Shown here piece after piece: positions 12,146 through 24,136 of a stretch of 40,752 nucleotides of DNA (position 1 is its first letter; each line of letters opens with the position of its first letter). The stretch comes from Nemertoderma westbladi (Eukaryota; Animalia; Xenacoelomorpha), in NCBI GenBank assembly GCA_032718475.1, contig JAUCBJ010004989.1, positions 1 to 40,752 on the forward strand. The letters run 5' to 3'. The notes beneath the pieces are model-generated. The model was not told where the DNA came from. It was given only the letters and a program-made list of their open reading frames with translations, and searched no databases. Made by a program: the position numbers and the translations under genes.

Positions 12146-12429
12146 TTTGCACTTGGAACTGGAATAGAAAAGTAGAAACTCAGTGAGTCCTTGGTAATGG
12201 TGATAATTGTGATGCTAGAATTATTAATCTCTCTACCGGCCCTGTACAGCGGGTTGTAATCACAACGGTAACACTAAATAATATCAGTTAGGCGCGCAGA
12301 CTAGACAAACCTAAATCCTATCTGCTTTTCTATATTAATCTATCGTGGTATTATTTCTAAGTGCCTATAAGGGTTTGTCGTTTTTATTATTATTGTGTAG
12401 CCTATTATTTAGATCTATGGATATGGCAC

Positions 12430-12580
12430 AAAGCAAATTTGTTAGAACGTAGTGGCGTTAACAGTATTTGCTGGTAGAGAGTTCCAGATGGGAACCACAC
12501 CACACAGTTATTCTAAGGAAGCTTTGTGCGCAGTTATAGTTCTAGAATTAAATTGGTATAATTTGTACGAATGTCCAAGA
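12430..12580 (-). mobile_element. CR1-type LINE ORF2 C-terminal remnant
   Basis: GHSYKLYQFNSRT...VVPIWNSLPANTVNATT resembles the CR1 GH..KL...WN.LP tail. Confidence 0.6.
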
Positions 12581-13000
12581 TTTGTTGTGGATGGATCGAG
12601 ATAATAATTATTTATTACCTACATGGGAAAAAAAGTATACCGGTAACTTTTTTTTCATTAATCTCGAGGCATTTTATTTACCGAGCAGCCGATCGTAAGC
12701 GAGGTTAATTAATAAAGGGTCGAGAGAATATTGAAAAAAAAATGTTCTACGTTTTTTTTCCCATGTAATACGTAATTTTATCTTTAAATTGGTACTTTTT
12801 GTTGCTCAATTCTTTAATAAAACATAGCGATATACATATACTACAGTACAGTAGTGTTACAAAATTAATTTAACTGTAGTATTTAACTAGGCCTATATAT
12901 TGCTTCTTGCTGCCATAGATACTGGACTACGATTCAAATTATTGTACTCTTTACCTCCCGATGTTACCTTACTCAATGTTAAATAATTTAGTGTTCTCGA

Positions 13001-13539
13001 CAGTCGGGGAGAAGTTCAAATTTCAACTGAGTTGAAATTTAAAACTTTTTTTTTTAAATTCAACTTTTAAGTTGTAAATTCAACTCTAAAATGGCAGGAG
13101 GCGCAGAAGGGTCCCAAGAGCCCAAGACGTTACAGAAGGTGTGTTTTTATTGTTTTTTATGGATCTAACTCGAAAAATTAACCCTCATTAGGCCTACCGA
13201 TGGAATAAAAACTTTCACCGTCGGGAATACTTTTTTTGAAAACATTTTAAGTAATTACATTTGCAAATTAGCTGAAATACTACGGGAATTTATTAGATGT
13301 ATGAAATTACCGCTGTTTGTCATAATTATTATACAATGGAATACCAGTAATGGATTCCAATTCCATATTTCAGTATCTCCAAAGCTACTCCAAAAGTTGA
13401 ATTTTAAAAAAAAGTTGAATTTTAAACTCTACTCCAAAAGTTGAATTTTAATAAAAAGTTGAATTTTAATAAAAAGTTGAATTTTAAAAAATAAAGTTGA
13501 AATTTCAACTCAGTTGAAAATAGAACTTCTCCCCGACTG
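13001..13539. mobile_element. MITE with ~40-bp TIRs and 5-bp TSD
   Basis: TIR CAGTCGGGGAGAAGTTC...TTTCAACTGAGTTGAAATTT; TSD CTCGA at 12996-13000 and 13540-13544; internal AAAAGTTGAATTTT repeats. Confidence 0.88.
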
Positions 13540-13637
13540 CTCGAATATTTTTTTATTATGTAACTAGAGAGCCGCTTAGGCTTAACTACATAAACCAATA
13601 ATTGGATGTTGAGTTCCGTTTTGTAGTTCGTCTTTCA

Positions 13638-13878
13638 GTTATAGTTCATATGCGTACCTCTGGTATTTTCGTATTGCAAAAATAAGACTATAAATATGAA
13701 ATACCCTATGTTATTGACTGATTGAGATATTGTTTATTGTTTTGGTTAGAAAAGCCCACCACTGTAACCTGCTCCTATCCGTTAATTAAGTAATGGAGAT
13801 TAGTTTATTGTTTTGGTTAGAAAACACCACCACTGTAACCTGCTTCTTTTGCCAGAGGTACGCATATGAACGATAACC
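13638..13878. mobile_element. Small MITE, Mutator-like
   Basis: TIR GTTAT(A/C)GTTCATATGCGTACCTCTGG; TSD CGTCTTTCA at 13629-13637 and 13879-13887. Confidence 0.82.
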
Positions 13879-15532
13879 CGTCTTTCAGACACTATCTGAC
13901 TAGGCCTATGGCATATGGACTATACAGCTATAGTTGCAATAACTTTTAAGTGTGTGAATGGATTTTGCTTAAATTACTTGCAAACCTTTTCTACGTCGAT
14001 GCTCTTTCAATATATGTAATAAAATTTAAGAAATTCCACCAAAAATATTTTACTTTACTTTTTTCACCGGGCAGCCGGGATAAAAGTAAAATCAATGCAA
14101 TCCTATGGGTTACTTTTATTCCATAAGGAAAAATGTGAAACTTTTTCTCCCGATTTTGAGGAATATTCGAGCGAAAAAGTAACAATTTAAGAATAAAATA
14201 TATTATTTACCGGTACATAGGCTATACTTTGACAATATATACCGGTACCAAGAATAATTTGAACATAAGGTCAATGTGTGATGTGTGAATATTGTGTGCT
14301 ATTCTAAGTGTTGAAGGTTTACAATTTCTAGGAGTCTAAATAGTCAGCATTGGATTATAAATTGCACCATGCATGCACAGCTTGTAGCCTTTTACGTAAG
14401 TCCTATGAATGGTTCGCTGTACTTTAGTTGAAAGTTAGATACACATTAAACAGTTAAATAGGTACCGGTATTACCTGACAGCCTGATTACAGTATTATTA
14501 TTATTATCACGATTTCGGTATTTTAAAATTATTGCACATATTCGCTGAAGAAGCTAAATAAAAACATAGCCTATAGGCCTATAAGCAGAAAAAAGACAGA
14601 CAGACGGAGCAATATCAGAATATCGTGGAGAGAAGGCACATGGTGCATGGGAAGAGCTATTGTTAGTACTAGCAGACTAGTACCTACAGTAGTAGGATTA
14701 ATTACTGATTACTCATGTCAATTCGTGGTTCGCCCCATCCCCCACCCCACCCTCATATTAATGTATTAATGCAGGGTACAACAATAAAATCATAACATAA
14801 AGAAATCATAACAAGAGAAATAAACACACCAGCACCCAGCAGCACAGACACAATTAAGTATTTAATAGGCCTACATAAAAACAAAAAATATATAGTTCAA
14901 ACTTTTTATCAAAAAATTATGGATTGCCCTCAGTACAGCAGTAACGTAGTAACGGCAACGGTGAAAGAACAATACTGAAAGGGACTGCCAACAGCAACAA
15001 CTGGATTCAGAAGGTAGCCAAAGTTATTGCAGATATTTACTGATTCACAATACGAGAAGCAGAGAAGTACCGGTAAATGCATGTTTTTAATAGGTAGGGT
15101 TGACTATTCAAATTCTGGACAAAATGTCATTTGTTTTTAATTTGGGACACTTTAAGTTGCTTTAATCCTTCATATTATGTTTGCATCTGTACAAGATGCT
15201 ATTGTAGTTCACTATAAAACCAAATTGTTACCACTCAGTTCAACCTGTTTAGTTGTAACTGCAACTGGGTGGTTTTCATTTTATAAATTGACTGTCCGGA
15301 ATTTGACTACCTGGTAAAATACCGGACATGTATATAATTCCGGACAATGCCTTTTATTAGATGTGAGAGTTGATGTGAGGGTTGATATTAGGACTATTTT
15401 AATAATTAAATTAAACTTTATTTCCATTAGTTTAGTCATTACATAGGGCCTACAGCCATATTTTACTCATGTACTCAGTTCTGAAGTTATGTAATACTTA
15501 TGTTTTGCATACCAACCCCAGATAGGGCTGTA

Positions 15533-15840
15533 GGGGGCCCATGTGAAGAATACCAGACTTTCTGCCGTTATATTTCACTTTGCAATTACCCCCGTCCCAT
15601 GTGAAGAATACCAGGTTTTCACCAAAAACACAGATTACAGGAGGGCTGAATCTAACCAAAACAATAAACGAATTAGTATATGTACAGGTTAGGCTATAAG
15701 ACAGAAATAAGCGGTATAAAACACTTAATAAAGATATATTAAAAAAAAAAAAAAAAATCTTCATATATAAAATATATTCCAATAAAAAGTCGACCGAAAA
15801 GTTAAATCCTGGTATTCTTCACATGGGCGGGATAGGGGGT
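15533..15840. mobile_element. MITE-like element
   Basis: CCCATGTGAAGAATACCAG occurs twice direct (~15538, ~15596) and once inverted (~15809-15827); no clear TSD. Confidence 0.55.
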
Positions 15841-16126
15841 GGGGGGGGGGACTTTCAACGCAATAATAATGCATCCCTCTCCATGAAATTCGACACAAAT
15901 AACAGTTCGATTACTCCCATAAATAAAACTATAACCTGTTCTATTGTGTTCCATTTATTGTTTTGGTTAGAAATACGTGTCACTATAATCTGCTCATTCG
16001 AGTCATTTGACATTTCCCTAAATTGAGAATTTAACATTTGAAGCGAAATATTCATTCACCAAGATGGGATTTGCGAACAGTTAGCAGTTGCTGATAATTG
16101 AAACTATTATAAAATAAACAAAGTTG

Positions 16127-16388
16127 TGTTGTATGTGTATTTTGGTGAAGGGGATTTTGATATAACATACAGTAGATATGTTCTTGAAATGAGTTTAGTC
16201 ATATATCTGATAGTCAGGAATCAGTAATGTATTCTGCACTTCTATGCCTATTGCAGTAGGCCTACATGTTGTATACTGCAGCACTGCTATAGGCCTATGC
16301 AGATATGATTACAAGATTATATATGGAGGCTATATTTTAGTTATACTGATATGCGTTTATTATATTCCGGGGTATACGAAACACAACA
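16127..16388 (+). repeat. Gypsy 5' LTR (262 bp)
   Basis: TGTTGTATG...ACACAACA; near-identical to the 3' LTR. Confidence 0.95.
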
Positions 16389-16533
16389 TGGCGCAATGTG
16401 TCTGAACTTAGCGGTTCGAACTATCAGTTTGGAACGACGGAAGAGTTTACAGGTTCGTTTCGGAATTACCCTGAACTAAAAACGTATTTCTACCGGTAAC
16501 AGCCCCTACTGCCCTAGGCCTAAATCCCGCATC

Positions 16534-19500
16534 ATGATGGCTGACTTGGAACTCGCTCGTCGCCTGAGAAAGAGTCACTCAGGGTACAAGTCTGCCTACA
16601 CTCGGAACTCGAATCAATTAGTTGCGCTGATCGACGATATCCGACAGGATACCCAAACTGTTCAACCTCAGGTTGTTCTCGACTCCCTGCAGGAGTTACT
16701 CGCAAAGGTTCAAACTGCCTTCGAACGTGTTGGCGAGTCTCTAATAACTCTATAGACCAACGACGTTGACTGTGCGGCAGAGGTGACAGACTACGATCAA
16801 TGCGCGGATTCGGTAATCAGGTTCCGTTCCACGGTTTTACAGATTTTGAAGGGACAGTCGGACGCCGTGGTGCAGCCAACAGGCCAGTCTCCGACTACAG
16901 CCACGCCACGTGGATACCCATTCCCCCCGAGCAGATAATGCCCCACGAGCTCCGGTGAACAAACCACCAACTCTTGACGACGATGTCACGATACAGCAGT
17001 TTAATATCTGGCTGAATCATGGAGAAATTACGCCAAGGTTGTCCAACTCGGTAAACAACCTCGAGACGAGCAGGTTTCCGCCGGTCCTACGAATTACCCC
17101 AAAATACCCCAAAACACCCCAAAATACCCCGAAAGACCCCAAAATAGTATAAAACTACCCCAAAATAGTTTAGACTTACCCCAAAATACCCCAAAATAGT
17201 TTAGAATTACCCCAAAATACTTTTTTTGAGCCTTTGTTTTGGAAATTTGATTTACCCCAAAATATGGTAAAATGACGAATTACCCCAAAATATGGTAAAA
17301 TGACGAATTACCCCAAAATAATGACGAATTACCCCAAAATAATTAAAAATTTTTTCTTCACTCTCGTTTATTGTTTTGGTTAAAAAAACTTGCCACTGTA
17401 ACCTGCTCCTTTCCCTCGCTGTTAAAAAACATTGTTAGATAATTTTGGGGTAATTTTTTAGCCTTTTTGGGGTATTTTGGGGTATTTTTTTACTATTTTG
17501 GGGTATTTTGGAGTATTTTGGGGTGTTTTGGGGTATTTTGGGGTAATTCGTAGGACCCGGTTTCCGCCTTCTTCGGATATTGTACACCCGCGCTGCTATC
17601 GAAAATGGAGCACGCCGTCCACATTCCGCAAGATACTCCGCGTACTTTGGACGAATTACTAGGTGAGTTTGAAAACTATCTCCGCAGAAAACAAAACATT
17701 GCTTTGGACCGTCTCGAATTGACTTTGTGTAGACAACTGGAGGGAGACAACTTCGACGATTTCTACACGCGGTTGTGCGAAGCGTCAAACATTGCGGGGC
17801 TCAGATCGATGGACGAGGATGCGTGGATGTCTACACTCATCACAGTGGGAATATCAAACGAGGAAATACGCCAAGATTTACTCACCAAGTTCCCAGCACT
17901 CAATCACGAAGAGTCAGTGAAATTTTGTAGAAGCGAGGAGACTGCACGTGTTCACAGGGCCAAGGTAAAAAGTGTTTTAACCGGTAGCTCCCATGGATCG
18001 GCTATATCGGCGGCGACCAGCTCCGACTCCACGAGGAATAGGGAAGATTTTCGGGGCCGTGGTTTTAAACGCAACGCTTTCCCACGAGGACAGCGATCTA
18101 AAAGTAAAACAAATCGATCGCAATCGAGAGGGCGACAATCAGAGGCCAAATGTCCTTCTTGCGGCTACTTTAAACATGTAGACGGTAAACCTTGCCCTGC
18201 CAAAAACCAGATCTGTATGAAATGCCACAAACGCAACCATTTCACGCAGGATTGTCACTCAAAACCTGCTGCCACACGGAACTCAGGCTCATCCAATGCT
18301 CTGACGAGTTCAGCCCTAAGTGTGGCCACTAAGCCACCAAGAGTCAATGTTTCGCTTTATCACCCAGCCGACGGCAGTCTTATTGGCTGCCAACCTGCCA
18401 TTCCAGACACAGGTTCTGAATGTACAGTTTCTGGGATCCAGCTATTACTAGATCTCGGAATTGATGTTGCGAATTTAATTCCCCCCAACAATGACAAGTT
18501 GATCAGCATCAATGGGAAAATGCTAAATCAACTTGGTCGTGTATCATTTTATTTTATTCTAGAAGGTAGAAAAGTTTTGGAAGAAGTTAAAGTGTATGAA
18601 GGTGTTGCACATTTATATATTTCACTTGATATGTGCAAGGCTCTGGAAATTGTTTCGCACAATTTTCCGAACCCTCCACCATTAATTAACGGTAAACATG
18701 ATAAATCTAATGTTAATATGTCAGCATGCCTAACGCCAGACAAGCCCAGCACTGAGCCATTGTTTACCGTGAGAGATAGACTGAAATGGCTGTCGGGGCT
18801 ACCAGAGTTTCCATCTGAACAGGTCATAAAGGAGGTCTATAATAAACTCTGTAATGTTTATAGTAAAGTTTTTTATTCAAAATCTGAACTGCGGGCAATG
18901 TCTGGTCCAACTGTAGGTGACCCTATGAAAATTTACCTAAAAGACGACTGCAAACCTTTTGCAGTTCATTCAGCACGGGCCATCCCATTTGCTAAAAGAG
19001 AACTGGTTAAAACTGAGCTCGACGCATGGGTTGCCCGTGGTGTTATTAAACCTGTAGGAGACAGACCCACTCAGTGGTGTCACCCACTGGTAGTTGCCTC
19101 CAAGTCTGATGGTGGTATACGGTTGTGTGTGGACCTTACCAATCTAAATAAACAGGTCGAACGCGTGGTCCATCCCGGGAAGTCTCCTAGCGGGGTTGTG
19201 GCTGAAATTTCTCCTGCCTCAACAATCTTTACGACCCTAGATGTAAGTCGGGTTACTGGCAAGTGCCACTGGAACGCGATTCACAGGATTTAACTTGTTT
19301 TATCACTCCCTGGGGTCGCTATATCTTTCTGAGGGGTCCCATGGGCTTTATTAGTACGGGAGATGCGTACAACTTACGTGGTGATCTGGTCCTAGGTGAT
19401 TGTGAGAATGTACATAAATTGGTAGACGACATTCTCATCGAGGATAAGAGTTTTAATGACCATGTTAATCGTGTCTGCGATGTTCTAGAACGTTGCTTCG

Positions 19501-21610
19501 AACACAATATTACTTTAAATCCAAATAAATTTAAATTCGCCAAACAGGAGGTCAAATTTGCAGGTTACTTAGTTTCCGCTGATGGAATAAAGGCGGACCC
19601 CCAAAAAGTTGCTGCTATTTCTAATTTTCCGAGTCCTACCAACCGCACTGAGCTACGCTCGTTCATGGGGTTGGTGCAGCAACTAGCCTCCTTCTCTAAT
19701 GAGATACGTGGTGCCGCTGGACCACTGCGTGATATTTTGAAAGAAAGAAACGAATTTATTTGGACAAAAAACCATGAGGTGGCCTTTAACAAAGTTAAGG
19801 GGGCACTAATTTCACCCCCGGTATTGACAACATTTGACCCTGCCGCCCCCACTATTCTAGAAACTGACGCTTCTAGGACTAAGGGATTGGGATTTTCATT
19901 ACGGCAGAAGTGCGATGGTTGTTGGAAACTAGTGCAATGTGGTTCTCGTTTTTTGACTGACAGTGAGACCAGATATGCGACATTAGAATTAGAGGCCCTT
20001 GCTATGGTGTATGCAACACAGAAGTGTAAACTTTATTTGTCTGGATTACCTAGCTTTATAATTATTACCGATCATCGCCCTCTACTGCCGATACTAAACA
20101 GTTACACATTGGACATGGTAGAAAATCCCAGACTGCAAAATTTAAAGATGAAATTAAGTGCGTACAATATTGAGGTGCAATGGCGTAAAGGTAAATCGCA
20201 CTGTATTCCAGACACATTGTCCCGTGCACCAGTGTCTGATCCCTGCTCAACAGACAAGAATGACTGTGTGATCACCACCCAGTATATGTCGGCTGCCGTG
20301 GAATGTGCTTTCTCTGCTTTGTCAGACGGTGACACTAATCCGACTTACATTGACCCCGTTCTAGAACGCATTAGGAAGGTAGCTGCCCAGGATAGCGACT
20401 ACTTGGCCCTAATTGGTGCGATTGTGTGTGACTTTCAAGGTGACTCAGTTAACAATCGCCTTGTTCAACAGCTGAAAAAGGTGTGGACTGAATTATCTGT
20501 CGACAGGGGGTTGGTTATTTTTGGTAGACGAATTATAATTCCCCAGGAATGTCGAAAGGAAGTTCTAGAACGGATCCACGATTCCCACCAGGGGATTGAA
20601 AGGTCAAAACGCCGCGCTCGAGAATGCGTTTATTGGCCGGCCATTAACAGTGACCTTGAGAATATAGTTAGGTCGTGCGTTAAATGCAATGAACAGTTGC
20701 CAGCGAACCCTATACATGTGACCCAATTCCTACACGAGTTTTTGAGTCAGTTTCTAACAACTTATTTGCATATGGCAGTCACACCTATTTAGTTTATACT
20801 GACCGACTGTCCGGTTTCCCTTTTATATCGAGATGGAATTCTGACCCATCCTCCAGCCAGGTCACCGCCCGAATACGAGAATATGTTGTCCAGACTGGAG
20901 TTCCCGTACACCTCCGCTCTGATGGGGGACCACAGTTTAATTCGAAACATTTTCGGGAATTTTGTGATAATTGGGGTGTTCTATGGGAGCCATCCAGCCC
21001 GTATAACCCAAGATCCAACGGCCATGCCGAGATTAACGTCAAGATATTGAAAAATCTTGTTGCCAAGGCTGATGATGGCAAGATAGATACTGAGCCTTTT
21101 CTAGAGGGCCTACTCGAGTTGTGCAACACTCCACGACAAAACGGACAATCACCCGCCCAAATTGTCTATGGACATCCTTTACGGTCCCAGGTTCCAGCCC
21201 ATTTCCGCTCCTTTGCCCCAGAATGGCAACAGGCTGCTGAGAAAGCCGACGAAATTGCCTGGCGTGCTTCTAAGCAGGCACAAATCCGTTACAATCGAAC
21301 TACTCGGGAGCTCAAAAAACTACCAGTTGGAACCAAAGTGCTTATCCAGAACCCTATCTCCAAACGATGGTCTCGTACAGGGGTTATAATGGATACAGGA
21401 AAGCACCTCGAATATTTCGTCAAGTTGCCATCTGATCGGCTACTGAGGCGAAATCGCCGATTTCTACGCCCAGCCCATGATAGCCAAGGAAGTACACCAC
21501 CTAGCGACGTTCATGAGAAACCCTTTCCATCGAACCAACTTCCACCAATAACTCCTATCTTGAGACGTGGCGATCGCGTTAGGACAAAGACTGTACGATT
21601 CCAATTGTAA
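16534..21610 (+). pseudogene. Gypsy gag-pol, disrupted
   Basis: Double zinc knuckle CPSCG..H..CPA..CMKCHKRNHFTQDC; protease DTGS; RT KLVDDILI; RNase H ETDAS; integrase H..HQG..C..C, SDGGPQF and SNGHAE. Stop at 16755, MITE insertion, frameshifts near 17015, 19250 and 20710; the first integrase Asp appears mutated (VSNNLF). Confidence 0.92.
17082..17558. mobile_element. Mutator-like MITE inserted in Gypsy gag
   Basis: TIR GGTCCTACGAATTACCCCAAAATACCCCAAAACACCCC; TSD GGTTTCCGC at 17073-17081 and 17559-17567; TACCCCAAAA subrepeats. Confidence 0.92.
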
Positions 21611-21692
21611 AATAATATTTTGGTTTCTATTTTAGATTAAGTTTAAAGCGAAATAAAACTCATTTTATATTTCGCTTTTAAAAAAAGGGAAG

Positions 21693-22359
21693 TGTTGTAT
21701 GTGTATTTTGGTGAAGGGGATTTTGATATAACATACAGTAGATATGTTATTGAAATGAGTTTAGTCATATATCTGATAGTCAGGAATCAGTAGTATGTAT
21801 TCTGCACTTCTATGCCTATTGCAGTACATGTTGTATACTGCAGCACTGCTATATTATTATTATTATGTTTAATTTCGTGCAGGAACATTAATGTAAACAT
21901 TATGTAGCACCGCACAACTCTACTGTAGGCTACTACTGTATCTATAAACTAATATAAAGCAACTACAGTACCTAGCAGCTAGCACAATGTACTGTAAGAA
22001 TGAGACGTTATTAATGGGCGCACCCAAAAAAAGAAAAGGAATGTAGAAACTATCGGCCATAAGTTAATAATGAAATACCAAAGTGTTCATAAATTGTATA
22101 GATTGAAAAGAGAATAGAGTACAAATTACTAATTGGATATAGGTTAGTTTTCATAGACCCCTAAAACAATATTCCAGCGAGATCTAAGCGTAGACATACC
22201 AATAGAGTTACAGGTACGAAGTATAGGATTTGAGATATGATTACAATTCTGTATATCTGCATGATATATGCAGATATGATTACAAGATTATATATGGAGG
22301 CTATATTTTAGTTATACTGATATGCGTTTATTATATTCCGGGGTATACGAAACACAACA
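21693..22359 (+). repeat. Gypsy 3' LTR interrupted by a 410-bp insertion
   Basis: Matches the 5' LTR on both sides of 21855-22264. Confidence 0.93.
21855..22264 (-). mobile_element. 5'-truncated non-LTR retrotransposon 3' end
   Basis: Absent from the 5' LTR; (TAA)n tail on the minus strand; flanked by TATAT; short terminal frame SNPILRTCNSIGMSTLRSRWNIVLGVYEN*. Confidence 0.65.
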
Positions 22360-22889
22360 AGTTGTTCTAGAGTTACTACAGTCTGACAGTGCTATGGTTG
22401 TTGGCAGACATAACATGGATAGGAAATATCACCAGACGCATTCCTTATGACGTGGATTAGTTGGTCTCGGTTTAGTCAGTCAGTGGCCAACCACAATCAC
22501 CAATATATATCAGAGTCACTACATATTTATCAATGTTTGGATCAATTATCGATGGGGCTCCTCTCCCAAATTGTCTATTTGATGATTTATAGAATTTAAC
22601 CTGTGTCTCGCGGTTATAACCCAGCTTCATCGAAATAGGTACCGCCTATAATATATATGATACACCTACTGGAATATATATTATATATATAGTTCTGTAG
22701 TTATGCCTAAAGCGTTCCAGGTTTTGCTGGCTAGCTGGCTTATAAAAAGTACTGTTTAGACATATCACAAAAGATAGACAAGTAGGCTTGGCGAGCCTTT
22801 ATTGGTAATAATAATAAGCAAACAATTTATGCAATAGGCAATCAACAGCTAGCACCTTTTGAAAATTTGGTGATGCTTGAATCTGCCTA

Positions 22890-23490
22890 TACAGTCCTGC
22901 AAAAGCGGAGGCGGCTCCGCCCTAGAGTCAAGCTAGGGGAGATTGATGGAACACCTCCAATTTTGTATAGAGTCTGATTAGAGATGTGTTCATTGTACTT
23001 GAAACAATGAACCCGGCGCAGCATTCTTGTGAAAGTACCATCCAGATATTTGGTATCCTCAGCAGTTAGAGCTCAGCATGGACTCCCATAAGAGTAATGG
23101 CACTATTGCTGCTCTAAACAATCGAACCTTAAGGTTATGTTTTATTCTATCAGTCTATGGGACTTCCAATTCATGGACAGACTATTTAACGCTGCGCCCA
23201 TGCCTTCCCCTTACGTATCCGAAGGTCTTCACCTGACTTTCTGATCCATGATCCCAAGTAACAGAAGTCATACACGTGCTCAAGAAAGTTCCGTTGCGTT
23301 TGTCCATAGAGCTTGTGCCCTTACGATCAGACATTTCTTGAGGGCTGTCTAGGTTGACTGTGATTATTTTGGTCTTCTTGGAATTTACAAAAAGACCAGA
23401 CACTAGAAGCAACCTGCTCCAATTGGCAGAGAAGCCTTTTGCCTTTGGGCTCCCTCTAGTGATTCTGACAGTACCTCTAAGTCATCAGTG
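22890..23490 (-). mobile_element. RTE-clade LINE fragment
   Basis: Colinear with 2320-2580 and 3325-3850; GLFVNSKKTK motif; ends in RLRFAG. Confidence 0.85.
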
Positions 23491-24136
23491 ATCAAAGTCT
23501 TTAGGCTATTGTACAAAGTCAGATATTAATTCTATAGTTTGTACCAACAGACCAATGAAATTTAAATTTGTCCGTAATTTGACCATGGTGTCCAGAATTT
23601 GATTTGTCCGGAATTTGAAGAGTTAACCCTACCGGTACCAGGCTAGCAGGGTACCGGTACGTTTCTAAACATTATAGCAAATATTATTATAGTTATACAT
23701 TACATTTTATCTTCTTTCCTTATTCACTTTGTGTTTTAATTATGCCGTGTTCCCTGCTGAAGTGCTGAATGGCTGATGTCATATCCGATTCTGCTATACA
23801 AGTGTAACTTAAGTCGTAAAGGTCTGTAGGTCCGTCCAAAAACTGAAAGAGTTCACCGAATACTGGAATAGCTACCGTCAGACCGTCTGACCGTGGTATT
23901 GGACTTTTATCGTGTAGGCCTATTTTAAAACTGTACACAGCTGCACAGCCATGCTATAGCTGTCAGGCAACATACCATTCTGCCATTGGTGTCATCCAGG
24001 GCGACAAGATGTCGCCACTACTACTGTACTATGCAACGTGCAATGCAGTGGGCAGTCTGTTTATTGTAGACATTCTGGCAGCCGGGGATACAGGGCAGCA
24101 CTGCAGCAGTCAGTCAGTTGGTTGAAGGTCATCTAG

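Larger units (their letters stand above)
16127..22359 (+). mobile_element. Ty3/Gypsy LTR retrotransposon (Mag-like), full span, decayed
   Basis: TG...CA LTRs; TSD AGTTG at 16122-16126 and 22360-22364; PBS-like TGGCGCA at 16389; PPT AAAAAAAGGGAAG at 21680-21692; gag-PR-RT-RH-IN domain order. Confidence 0.95.
15097..23629. mobile_element. Putative TA-flanked TIR element enclosing the Gypsy element
   Basis: ~27-bp imperfect TIR GGGTT(G/A)ACT(A/C)TTCAAATTC(T/C)GGACAAA at both ends, each flanked by TA; subterminal TGTCCGGAATTTGA-type repeats. Confidence 0.55.

Noticed and set aside
13732-13775. Recombination-signal-like reading of the bipartite motif (TACAGTG-spacer-ACCAAAACA on the minus strand)
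   Set aside because: The critical first C of the heptamer is absent, conservation extends past it, and the motif is internal rather than terminal; no RAG or Transib ORF is present.
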